Shown here one piece after another: positions 51,931 to 64,000 of a DNA stretch of 64,000 bases. Every line of letters begins with the position of its first letter. The stretch's first letter is position 1. The notes beneath the pieces are model-generated. The model worked only from the letters and a program-made list of their open reading frames with translations, had not been told where the DNA came from and did not search any database. The stretch comes from Eledone cirrhosa (lineage: Eukaryota): contig CAXHJY010000426.1 in the NCBI GenBank assembly GCA_964016885.1, forward strand, positions 1 to 64,000, written 5' to 3'. The position numbers were made by a program, and so were the translations under genes.

Positions 51931-54900
51931 AGGTAGATCTGCTGAAATAGCGGAGATGCTGGAGAGAAGGCAGGTGGATGTGTGCTGCGTGCAGGTGGAT
52001 GTGTGCTGCGTGCAAGAGGTGAGATGGAGAGGTGCCTCTGCGAGACTAGTCGTAGGCAAGCGTCTTAGCTATAAGCTATTCTGGGTAGGTAAGGATGATG
52101 GGTTAGGGGGAGTAGGCATTTTCCTGGCTGAGAAATGGATCAATAAGACAATAGAGGTAGTTCGAGTTAGTAATCGAATAATTAAGCTTAGATTAGTTGT
52201 AGGTAGGAGACTACTGACAATCATCTCGGTCTATGCTCCCCAAGCAGGCCTAGGCAAAGATGAGAAAGACTGCTTTTATGAGCAACTTTTGCAAACAACC
52301 ACAATGACAGAGGACGGAGACATCGTTATGCTAGCAGGAGACTTCAATGGTCATGTTGGACAGCTCCAGGATGGTTACACTGGGGTACATGGTGGGCACG
52401 GTTACGGTTCAAGAAATGAAGAAGGAGTGAGACTTCTTGAATTTTGTGATGCAAGTACATTGACTATTTGCAACACAAACTTCCAGAAACCTGCCAATCA
52501 CCTAATAACCTACAAATCTGGTGAGCACATAAGCCAGATTGACTTCCTGCTAGTTAGGCAGCGGGACAGGCAGATAGTGTCTAATACCAAGGCATACCCT
52601 GGGGAAGAATGTACCCCACAGCATAGGTTAGTTGTTAGTGATATCTCAGTAAGCAAGAGATGGAATGAGACATATAGGAAGGTGTGGAGAAGAAAGGTCT
52701 GGAAGCTAAAAGACCTTTCACTAAAATTCAAATTTAGGAAAGCCCTTCAAGATGTATATGACGAAAAAGAAGACGATTTAGAGACGTATGACATAGATAA
52801 TAACTGGAAGTTCTTACGTGACAACTTGCTGAAGGCTACTGATGAAACCTGTGGCTGGAGCAGAGCTCCAACCAGACAGAGAGTGACCTGGTGGTGGAAC
52901 AGCAGTGTAGATAAGGCTATTAGAGACAAAAGACTAGCATGGAAGGCTTGGAATAAGGGTGGGAGTAGGGAAGAATATACAGCCACTAAGAGAGAAGCTA
53001 GACGTCAGGTGTACTTAGCACGCAGGGAGGCAGAGAGTAGGAGGTTTGCCAATGTTCTGCGACGGGAAGATCAGAGGCGTGCGGTGTTCCACATTGCAAG
53101 GCAGTGTGTCAATGCAAATCAGGATGTTGTTGGTGATAAATGTGTCCGGGATGATGCCGGTGTACTTAGTGTCACGAATGACCAGAAAAAGGAGGCCTGG
53201 AAATGTCATTATGAGAGACTGATGAATGTGGAGAACGAATGGGAGAGAGAGAAATTACCCTTGGTAGATCCGACAGTGGGACCAGCTATTGAGATTGACG
53301 AATATAGGGTCCAAGAGGCGATTAGGGAAATGAAAAATGGTAAGGCGGCCGGACCATCGGGAATAGTTGCTGAGATGCTGAAGGCATCAGGGGACGTAGG
53401 CACTAAACTGGTTGCACGCATAATCAATCAGGCTATATATGGTGGTGTCATACCCAAAGACTGGTGCAGCAGTATTCTCATAAATTGCTACAAAGGTAAA
53501 GGGGATGCTTTGGAGAGGAGCAATTATAGGGGTATAAAACTGATAGATCAGGTTATGAAAGTGGCAGAAAGGATTTTAGCACAACTAATTAGAGAAAGGG
53601 TCAAACTAGATGAGATGCAGTTTGGTTTTGTGCCTGGGAAGAGTACAACAGATGCCCTCTTCTTGGTGAGACAAATGCAAGAGAGGTTCTTAGAGAAGAA
53701 TAAGCCACTATACTTAGCCTTTGTTGACCTAGAGAAGGCCTTTGATAGGGTACCCCGATCTGTCATCTGGTGGTCCCTAAGGAAGCTGGGTGTTGAGGAA
53801 TGGCTTGTAAGGACAGTGCAAACTTTGTACAGAGGTACTCTCAGTAAAGTCAGGGTAGGAATGGAGTTTAGTGAGGAATTCCAGATACAAGTAGAAGTAC
53901 ATCAGGGTTCGGTCCTCAGCCCGCTCTTGTTCATTATAGTCCTCCAAGCCATAACAGAGGAGTTTAAGACTGGCTGTCCATGGGAACTTCTCTATGCTGA
54001 CGATCTGGCTCTTATGGCAGAATCAGTAGAGGAGCTAGAGAATAAATTCCGGCTATGGAAACAGCAGTTGGAAGCAAGAGGACTGAGAGTAAATCTAGCT
54101 AAGACAAAAGTGTTGATGAGTAGAAAAGAGGACAAAACCCTGATTCCGTCAGGGAAATGGCCATGTTCGATATGCAGAAAAGGAACTGGCATAAATTCTA
54201 TAAAATGCACACAATGTAGGTCCTGGGTACACAAGAGATGTAGCGGGATAGCAGGCAAACTAACAGGTAGGGAGAAATATGTATGCAGTAGATGTACAGG
54301 GAAATTAGACAGTAGAAGTCGCACTGATAGACACATTTTTCAAATGCGAGAGGGCGCTATAGAAGTGGTGGATAGCTTCCGGTACCTAGGAGATCAGATT
54401 AGCATGGGAGGAGGGTGTTCCGAGGCCATAGTATCTAGAATAAGGACGGGTTGGAAGAAGTTTAGGGAGCAGCTTCCTCTGTTGACGAAGAAGGGTTTCT
54501 CCCTGCGTACGAAAGGCCGGTTGTATGATGCCTGTGTGAGGAGCGCGATGCTGCATGGTAGTGAGACATGGGCAGCTACCGCAGAAGATATGCGACGGCT
54601 GGAGAGAAATGAGGCAAGCATGCTCCGTTGGATGTGCAGTGTAAATGTGCGTGAACGACCCAGCATAAATGTGTTGAGAGAGAAACTGTGTCTGAGAGGG
54701 ATAGAATGTAGTGTACGGGAGAGGAGACTGAGGTGGTATGGACATGTGATGCGCATGGAGGATGACCGATGGGTGAAGAAGTGCCAGGAAATGCCAGTTG
54801 AAGGAAGACGTGGTAGAGGTAGACCACGAAAAACATGGGTGGAGGTGGTGAGAACAGACCTCAGATCATTGAAGCTCACGGTGGAGATGACGAGGGACCG

Positions 54901-54970
54901 TGACGAGTGGAGAGATGCTGTGCTGAATAAGACCCGTCCCACCCTTGCAAGCAGGGAAAAGCGGACGTAA
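51931..54970 (+). CDS. RTE LINE family A ORF2-type protein (APE endonuclease, RT, PHD-type finger); extreme N-terminus missing
   Basis: About 1010 open codons: [66 protein letters not shown]. The track's first ~65 aa are flank and microsatellite. Confidence 0.93.
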
Positions 54971-54998
54971 AATGATGATGATGATAATGATGATGATG
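51931..54998 (+). mobile_element. Near-full-length young RTE LINE, family A
   Basis: Uninterrupted ORF runs directly into a (TGA)n tail; (TA)n on both sides; 21-bp in-frame duplication at about 51970-52012. Confidence 0.95.
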
Positions 54999-55139
54999 AT
55001 ATATATGTATATATATAAATATATATGTATATATGTATATAAATATGTGGATATATATGTATATATATATATATATATACATATGTGTATATATATATGT
55101 ATATATATATAAATATGTGTATATATATGTATATAAATA

Positions 55140-56925
55140 TATGAAGGTCACGGAAAAAGTAATAGCGCAACTAATCAGAGAGAGAATCGACCTAGATGAA
55201 ATGCAGTTCGGGTTTGTGTCAGGCAAAAGTACCACAGACGCTCTTTTCATAGTACGACAACTACAGGAGAAGTACCTAGCTAAAGGTAAATCCCTCTACT
55301 TAGCTTTTGTCGACTTGGAGAAAGCCTTCGACAGAGTCCCCCGCTCCATTATCTGGTGGGCTCTTAGAAAACTAGGCGTTGACGAATGGCTTGTGAGGGC
55401 TATACAAGCCATGTATAAAGAAACAGTCAGCAAGGTTAGAATTAACAACGAATATAGTGAAGAGTTTAGCGTAAAAGTTGGCGTCCATCAGGGCTCTGTT
55501 CTCAGCCCCCTACTATTTATTATTGCCCTTCAGGCTATAACAGAGGAGTTCAAGACAGGCTGCCCATGGGAACTCCTATACGCAGACGATCTGACACTCA
55601 TAGCGGAATCAATGGCCGAGCTAGAGAAGAAATTCCAAACATGGAAGCACGGCCTAGAGTCAAAAGGACTTAAAACTAACCTGGCTAAGACCAAAGTTCT
55701 AGTTTGTAGGAAAGAAAACAAGGCGGCGGTCCCTTCTGGGAAATGGTCGTGCTCGGTGTGTAGGAAAGGCGTAGGTAGAAACTCCATTTTATGTCCTAAA
55801 TGCAAAGTATGGGTGCATAAAAGATGTAGTGGGATCACAGGTAAGCTAACTAAGAACATAGATTTTACATGTGGCCGGTGTTCTGGTGCAATAAGTAGCA
55901 GCAAGTGCCCACAAAATACTAGCTCTTTCAATTGCGCAGAGGGTTCTATAGAAATAGTGGACAGCTTCCGTTACCTGGGCGATAAAATCAGCAGTGGGGG
56001 AGGGTGCTCTGAAAGTACTGTAGCTAGAGTCAGAACTGGTTGGAAAAAGTTCAGAGAGCTTATACCACTATTAGCTGCTAAAGGGTTCTCCCTAAAAATG
56101 AAAGGCAGGTTGTACGATGCCTGCATACGAACAGCAATGCTGCATGGCAGTGAGACCTGGGCATTGTGTGCAGAGGATATACGCAGACTAGAGAGGAACG
56201 AAGCTTGCATGCTCCGCTGGATGTGTAACAGTAATATACGTGAACGGCAAAGCATAAACGAACTAAGGAAAAAATTAGAGATAAGAGGGATCAGATGTTG
56301 TTTACTCGAGAGAAGGCTACGTTGGTATGGACACGTGATGCGCATGAAAGTCGATAGCTGTATAACAAAGTGCAGGGCAATAAAGATAGACGGTAGTCAC
56401 GGAATAGGCAGACCTAGAAAAACCTGGGACGAGCTGATAAACTCCGACATCACACACTTACACCTCTCCAAGACAATGTCACTGGACCGAGACCTTTGGC
56501 GGTACTCAGTAACAGAGAAGACCCGCCTTACCTAAATATATAGTAAAACCTACTCCAACCAGTAGGCATCTCTAACAAAATACACCCCGTCCTACCACCA
56601 CCACCCCCACCCCATACACACCACCCCGTTCTATGTAAAGTTATGTTGGTGCCGCGCCATAGGCCGAAACAAATGAGATCGTGTAGGTGTCACGACAAAA
56701 AACACACAGTCCACGCTGTAATGTGGCCGTGTAGGCAACACGGTAAAAACCTCCCAGACCCACACTGTAAATGTGGTTGGTGTTAGGAAGGGCATCCAAC
56801 TGTAGAAAACCTGCCAGATAGTCCTATGCGAGCAAGACAATCACTCCTGCCTCAAACTACCCCCGTCCAAACCCATGCAAGCGTGGAACACGGACGTTAA
56901 ACGTTGATGATGATGATGATGATGA
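55140..56925 (+). mobile_element. 5'-truncated RTE LINE, family B; open RT-PHD frame 55141-56535 plus ~390 bp 3' UTR
   Basis: [47 protein letters not shown]; UTR modules; (TGA)n tail. Confidence 0.95.
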
Positions 56926-56956
56926 TATATATATATATACATACATTATATATATA

Positions 56957-56990
<34 letters not shown>

Positions 56991-57249
56991 CATACATACA
57001 TTATATATATATATATATACATACATTATATATATATATATATATGTCTGATATGACGACACTCAAAATTACTTGCTTGCTTTTTAAGTTTGTTTTTTTC
57101 TTGTGTTTTTATTTTATTTTATTTATTTATTTATTTATCTATTTATATATATCATCATCATCATCTTCGTTTAGCATGGAAAATGGACGTTAAACGAAGC
57201 TGATAAATATGTGTATATATATGTATAAATATATATATAAATATGTGTA

Positions 57250-57592
57250 TCATCATCACCATCATTTCATTTTACGTCCACTTTTCCCTGCTTGCAAGGG
57301 TGGGACGGGAACTGATTCTGGCTTGATTTCTACAGCTGGATGCCCTTCCTAACACCAACCTCATTTTACAGTGAGTGCTGGGTGCTTTTTTGCCATGGCA
57401 CCTCCACGACCACTTTGCAGTGGAATGATAGGGACCCCAGTCCCTATCATCTCATTTCTACAGCTGAGTAAACTGGAGCAATGTGAAATAAAGTGTCTTG
57501 CTCAAGGAAACAACACATCACCTGGTCTCAGAATTGAACTCACAACCTTTCGATTGCAAGGCCAATGCTCTAACCACTAAGCCATGTGCCTC
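57250..57592 (-). mobile_element. tRNA-derived SINE with RTE-derived tail (same family as 40562-40930)
   Basis: Near-identical head and tail; this copy has one fewer 48-bp-type module. Confidence 0.88.
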
Positions 57593-57593
57593 C

Positions 57594-57678
<85 letters not shown>

Positions 57679-57816
57679 AATTAAAATACTAGAGTGTGTT
57701 GGAGTTAAACACCCTCTTCATATTATAGAAATGACAGTATAAGATATAGCTCAATGTATATGTATATATATATGTGTATATATGTATGTATATATATATA
57801 CTGGTTGTATTATTTT

Positions 57817-58000
57817 TTGATTGGCAGTATCGGTAGAGGGTCGGACGCCATGATTTCCAGCATAGTTACATCCATTTACGATCTTAGTTCTAATCATGCC
57901 GAGGTTGACTTTGCCTTTCATCCTTACGGGGTCGATAAAATAAAGTACCAATAATGCACTGGGTAATTGCTGGCCTTGTGCCTAAAGTAGAAACAATTAT
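57817..58000 (+). mobile_element. tRNA-derived SINE with a Deu/Nin-like domain
   Basis: TTGGCAGTATCGGTAGAG head; GCCGAGGTTGACTTTGCCTTTCATCCTTACGGGGTCGATAAAATAAAGTACC. Confidence 0.82.
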
Positions 58001-58037
58001 TTTATATGAGACATAATTAAATAAATATCTCTTTCCT

Positions 58038-58161
58038 TCCAGACGGCCGTTTCGTTCTAAGATTTCTACAATTTGGGATAAATAATTTCCAGGTTATGTA
58101 GAAACTTGTATATAATCCATAGTTTTATACACAAGCGGGCTCTTATAAACTCATCAGTGGA
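58038..58161 (-). ncRNA. Type I hammerhead ribozyme with a large branched insertion in stem-loop II
   Basis: TCCA-CTGATGA-GTTTATAAGA-(~78 nt)-TCTTAGAAC-GAAA-CGGCCG-TC|TGGA. Confidence 0.8.
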
Positions 58162-58650
58162 TGCCCAAATAATATCGATATAAGAATTACATCGACATTA
58201 ATAGATTAGTGATGATCGCCTTCAGCGTTAAAAAGAGACTGGTAGATTCGAAAATCCAGCAGTCCACTCAAAGATAAAATACACGCTAAAATATATATAC
58301 ACATATATATTTATATATATATACATATATATTTATATATATATACATATATATTTATACATATATACATATATATTTATATATATATACATATATATTT
58401 ATATATATATACATATATATTTATATATATATACATATATATTTATATATATATACATATATATTTATATATATATACATATATATTTATATATATATAC
58501 ATATATATTTATATATATATACATATATATATACATACATATATATTTATACATATATACATATATATTTATATATATCAAGGGCGGTGCCCCAGCATGG
58601 CCTCAGCCGGATGGCTGAAACAGGTAAAAGAGTAAAAGAGATATATATAT

Positions 58651-60674
58651 ACAACAAACTACTAATGGATTGAAAACAATATAATATCTATCATCCAAGG
58701 CATCAAATTTAAGAGAAACTTCAAAGGCCAGGACTATTTAAGATGTATTAAGGATAATATTGAAAACTTGGAGATAACAGAGAAAATTTTAGTGAAGTCG
58801 GACAAAATTAATAACCTTTATGGAGTACAAAAGGACATGTATAATGACCTTATATTGAAAGAACTAAGGAAAAAGTACAAGGTAGCAAGTAAGGACGAAC
58901 TTGAAAAACTGAATACAGATGCATCTTGTATAATGCATGAATTAGACATTGAGAATAAAACACAACCCTTCATGCCTAGGAAACCCAAGATCAATATGAA
59001 GGATCACAAAAGAAACTTTGAAAATGATTTACCAGTCAGATTAATTGCACCATCTAAATCTGACCTGGGAAAACTTAGCAAAAATATTCTAGACAGGGTA
59101 ATACAACAAATTATAAACTTACCTAATTTATCTAACTTAAAATTATGGAAAGGGACTAGTGAGGTTATTGATTGGTTTAAAGAAATTAAATATAACTATA
59201 ATAATAAGTTTATTCAGCTGGATATTGCTAACTACTATTCATCTATCACTCCTAATCTACTGAATAAGGCACTAAATTACACATTTAAACATACTGACCT
59301 AACTAGCAATGAAATGCACATTATATTATCGGCAAGGAAAACATTGATAGAATTTAATAACCAACTCTGGACTAGGGCAGATAGAAATAATAATTTCGAC
59401 ATAACTATGGGATCATCAGACTCAGCTCAGGTAACGGACCTTGTGGGCCTATTTATAATTAATTTGTTACATAGAAAAATACCAGGTGTAACCAGAGGAT
59501 TATATCGTGATGACATGCTTTTACTTATAGAAAATAATAGCTGTGAACTAAATAGAAAAAGAAAACAAATTATACAATTTTTTAATTACCTTAATCTAAA
59601 AATAGAAATAGAGAATAACCATAGAATAGTCAATTTTCTTGATGTAACACTAAATCTCAACACATGTCTTCATTATCCATTTCACAAACTAAATGAGAAC
59701 TTGAATTATGTCAACTTTAACTCTAATCACCCCAGATCTGTTAAAAATACTATAGTGAACTCTGTTCAAGAACGAATTTCAAGAATTTCATCTAATAAAA
59801 ATATATTTGATGAAAAAGCGGAGTATTACAACGAAGCGTTAGGTAGAGCTGGATATAGAAATAAAATTAAATACATCGATAATAATAATAATAAGCAAAC
59901 TAACCAAAATAATAACAATTTCAATTACGGTAACAACTTTAACAACTATAATAGAAAACATTACAATAATTCCAAAAGCCGAAAAATAGAACTAGAAATA
60001 TATTATGGTTTGCTCCCCCTTTCTCACTAAATATTAAAACCCCTATTGCTAAACTATTCTTTAAAGCTCTTGACAAATGCTTCCCTAGAACACATAAATA
60101 TTACTCAATTTTTAATAGACACACTATAAAATTAACTTACTCGTCCACCAAAAATTTAGCACAAAATATTAATAGAATTAATAATAGGAATTTAAAACCT
60201 AACCAAAATACCAATAATAACCCAAACAATATTCAATTAAATAACTGTAACTGTAGAAATAAATCTAACTGTCCGTTAAATAACAACTGCTTAGCTACAA
60301 ATGTAGTGTACAATTGTAATGTTAAAACTAATTTAAATTCATTTAACTACGTTGGTTCCACCTCTACAGAATTTAAATTTCGCTTCAATAATCATAAGAA
60401 TTCTTTCACAGATCCAAACAAAAAATCTTCAACTTCGCTATCTAGCCTACTATGGGACCTAAAACGAGATAATATTAAATATTCGATGAATTGGAATATT
60501 ATTTCAAAAGCTACTCCTTTTAATTCCTCTTCAGAAAATTATGATCTTTGTATTGAAGAAATATTCTTTATATTAAAGTCCAAAAATTCCCTTAATCTAA
60601 GGAACAATTTATTCAGTTGCTGCAGACATAGGTTGAACTCAACGTTTAAATATAAATATAAATTTAAAATGTAG
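58651..60674 (+). pseudogene. Naiad-type Penelope-like RT and GIY-YIG ORF, 5'-truncated, frameshift near 59990
   Basis: KSDKINNLY, MKDHK, QLDIANYYSSI, MGSSDSAQVTDLVG, GLYRDD, NFLDVTLNL, CNCRNKSNCPLNNNCL, VVY..YVGST, LCIEE, CRH. Confidence 0.93.
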
Positions 60675-62208
60675 TATAATTAATTAAGTAATTTAGTTAA
60701 TATATGAAACCTGTCGATAAATCATTAGATTCCTTCACCTTTTTCTTTTTAAACTTTCTTCCTAAATATAAACATGGATATAATAAACTACTCTAAAATG
60801 TCTATACTTCCAATGTATTAAATAAAATATACGTAAGATAAATTTCTATACTAAATATAAGGTTATCTGTAGAATCATTGAGTTTTTTAAATCTTTTAAA
60901 TTATTTTTATTTATTTGTTTTGATTCTGATAGCTTCTCATAACTTTCATATGTCTACCCTTTCAATATCTTGATTGAGATATACGTAGGATAAATTTCTA
61001 TAATAAATATATAAAACATATTATTTTAACTTAAGATACTCTATAGTGTTTTAAAGATATTTAATGCTTTGATATTTCTAGTTTTCTTTTGACTATACTG
61101 ATATAGTTGCATTTCCAAAATATATTCCTTTGGTATTTTAAATTTATATCGTTATGCTTATATTTACAAGTTATAATCCTTTAGTAATATATTGATATTT
61201 GATTATCTCTATACAAATGCATAGGTGTGTATTAACATGCATATAAAGTGTTATAGGTTTTTTTTTTTGTGTTTGTATATATGTCTGTATATATACATGA
61301 GCGATGCGGGAGGACGCACGCAAATATTTATTTATACATATGTATGTGTATATATATCTATGTGGGTGAGAGGTATGTTGCAGATATGCATAATATTAAA
61401 TACATGAATGGTAATCATATATATGAGGACATGAATATTAATCTTATATATTTATGTATATATACTGTGAACTTTTTATAACAAGGAATGTATAGCAGTG
61501 ATTAAGAGAAATCATTTACGTTTTGTATGGCTATATTGTTGGCTTGAGTAAACATAATTTCTATTTTCAGGACGTGCGTATATATATGTATGTATATATA
61601 CATATATATTTGTATGTCTTTGCATAAGATACTGATCTCTATACTAAGGGTACATTTTGAACTCAGATTTTGGTATATTGATCTCAAGTTTTTAAACTAA
61701 ACATATGGTCATTATTGAACAATGTTTAATTTCTCATATTATATATCTATGTCCCATTCATGAATATTGATATTTATATTTTTATTATTCATTACATATA
61801 AATTGTTAACTCAACTTAATATGACATGACGTAAAGTTTTCATTGTATCCCCTTCTCTCTATATAGTATTTCTCTCTCTTGAGTTTTTCTATCTGTATGA
61901 TGACTTGATATCTCTCTGTTGCTTTCCTTTGTTTTTCTTATTTCTTCCTTTTTTCTTTCTTTTTTATTTCCTCCTATCTTTATTTATCTCTTTCTTTTCT
62001 CCATACATTTCTCTCTCTCTCCGATATTTTTCCAGGTTTTCTTTCTCTCTCTGTCTTTTTTCTTTTTTTCTTTCTCTCCGTCTTTTTCTAATTGTGCTTA
62101 ACACTATGACTTATTACAATAATATAAACAAATCACTATCTAGACAGCCTCCAAAAGTAATGGTTGCATTCTAAAAGGGTACGTCAAAGCTATTTATAAA
62201 ACTGTTAT

Positions 62209-62284
62209 ATATTGTATTTTGTCTGATGAAGGCACACCATAATTTAATGTGGTATCCCTGAAATATGTATAATGAAATAAATAT
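62209..62284 (+). ncRNA. Hammerhead motif at the 3' end of the Naiad element
   Basis: TATTTTGT-CTGATGA-AGG..ACCA..TGGT..CCT-GAAA-TATGTA-TA|ATGAAATA. Confidence 0.72.
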
Positions 62285-62844
62285 GGTTTTATAAATATAG
62301 TTTCCATTTATTAATATCGTATATCTACTCCAAAAACTTGTCGAGTGCTTTATATCAGTTATAAAAATATTTACTTGTTGTATCCCAACAACTTTAAATA
62401 GAACTTTTGCATATATTTATACATATATATTTATATATATATATATATATACATATATATATTTATACATATATACATACATATATATATTTATACATAT
62501 ATACATATATATTTATATATATATACATATATATTTATATATATATACACATACATATTTATATATATATACATACATATTTATATATATATACATACAT
62601 ATTTATATATATATACATACATACATACATATTTATATATATTTATATATATATACATAAATTAATAAAAACAATGAATAAAAAAAAGAACAAGTTCCTT
62701 ATATTAAAAAAATTAATCATTTTACGATCGTTTCTAGGTTATATACGAGTGTTGGTATGTATATCATATAGATCTATGTATAAATTTTACAAACTATCTG
62801 AGGAAATATACATACCTTCACATATATATGCTGACTTCACAAAT

Positions 62845-63075
62845 AACTGCTTCTAATTTAGGCACAAGGCCAGCAATTACCCAGTACATTACTGGTACTT
62901 TATTTTATCGACCCCGTAAGGATGAAAGCAAAGTTAACCTCGGCGGGATTTAAAACTCAGACTGTAAAGGGAGGTAACTATGCTAGAAAGCATGGTGTCC
63001 AACTCTACCGATACTGCCAATTCACAGCCCTTCAGAAATAATTGTTTCTACTTTAGGCACAAGGCGAGCAATTTA
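62845..63075 (-). mobile_element. tRNA-derived SINE with a Deu/Nin-like domain, plus partial second copy
   Basis: Homologous to 13241-13432. Confidence 0.8.
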
Positions 63076-63172
63076 AAAAAATATCCAATACTAATAATAT
63101 AATTAAAGTTACAACTCTACTATCCGGGATATTCTTTAAGGGTATGTCAATATTTATTTATAAATCTGATCT

Positions 63173-63248
63173 ATATTATATTTTATCTGATGAAAGCACA
63201 CCATAGTTTAACTTGGTGTCCTTGAAATATGTATAATGAAATAAATAT
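63173..63248 (+). ncRNA. Second copy of the Naiad pseudo-LTR hammerhead
   Basis: TATTTTAT-CTGATGA-AAG-C-ACACCA-loop-TGGTGT-C-CTT-GAAA-TATGTA-TA|ATGAAATA. Base of stem II is AAG/CTT versus AGG/CCT in the 62209 copy (compensatory). Confidence 0.75.
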
Positions 63249-63837
63249 GGTTTTATAAATGTAGTTTCCATAGTTTTAATATCGTATATATATACATATA
63301 TATTTATATATATATATATTAATATATATAGTAATAATAATAAAATTGAAGACTAAAATCCAAAGAGGGCTTGATAAGGAAAATATATATCAAATATATA
63401 AGAACCGTAGAGCAAATATTTATTAAAATAACAGATTAAAGTTTAAGCAAAGAATCGCTGCTTTCACCCTTAACGGGATCTTCTGAAACTAACAAAGTCA
63501 ATCTGTAAACGCAGAACTGGATATTTCAAAAAACGTTGCAACCGGAGGAAGACAGGAAGACGATACTTTGGTTCATGGTAACGTTCGCTGGCAAAGAACG
63601 GGAAAAAACGAATAATACGTCATTAATAGGAGCGGTGAAAAACAATTACGCGCAAAGACAAAACCACGTTTATGGTATAAAAGAGGTCGTAGACTAATGT
63701 TCTCTTAGGTGGTGCATAGAGACGTTCTCTGGCAATGAACGAAAAAACAAAGATAATAAGTCATATGTGGAGCATGGAGAACAATAGCACGCAAAGACAA
63801 AACCGCGTAAATGGTATAGCAGAAGTCGTAGACTAAA

Positions 63838-63998
63838 ATTCTAACTAGGAGACCAAATGAATCTCCGCTACAGAGTTAAGAACAAAGTAAATAAATACAA
63901 TACAGAAGTAATAGAAACAAATAAATACATACACACACACAAACAGACACGTACATACACAAGCATAGCGGAGATTCATTTGGTCTCCTAGTTAGAAT
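63838..63998. repeat. 33-bp perfect inverted repeat (63838-63870 and 63966-63998)
   Basis: ATTCTAACTAGGAGACCAAATGAATCTCCGCTA / TAGCGGAGATTCATTTGGTCTCCTAGTTAGAAT. Confidence 0.9.
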
Positions 63999-64000
63999 AT

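Noticed and set aside
58651-60674. Selenocysteine-encoding Naiad element
   Set aside because: No in-frame TGA at the conserved Cys positions I could read; one Cys position reads TAT instead.
63440-63490. Hammerhead in the repeat shared with about 2920 and 12690
   Set aside because: The core reads CAGAAGA rather than CTGANGA in the copies that retain it, and stems I and III are unconvincing.

Overview
Eukaryotic, AT-rich, repeat-saturated DNA. I found no host protein-coding exon I can support. The repeat families suggest a coleoid cephalopod, probably Octopus (inference). Contents: (1) two related RTE-clade LINE families in many fragments, here A and B. One near-complete A copy (51931-54998) has APE endonuclease, RT and a C4HC3 PHD-type finger inside the RT C-terminal region. 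(2) Penelope-like elements (PLEs), mostly Naiad-type (RT, CxCx5C linker, GIY-YIG). (3) A decayed DD37D-type Tc1/mariner element with both TIRs. (4) An internally deleted Helitron inserted exactly at an A|T site. (5) tRNA-derived SINEs. (6) Four large tandem arrays with 82, 48, 95 and 64-68 bp units, plus many (TA)n tracts. The most notable signals are RNA-structural: about a dozen hammerhead-ribozyme motifs of several sequence types, with three modules clustered at 43.2-44.1 kb, and a 48-nt putative pseudoknot module in the family B 3' UTR that has expanded to about 27 tandem copies. Most short ORFs in the supplied track are microsatellite or antisense artefacts. All folds were predicted by eye, not computed.
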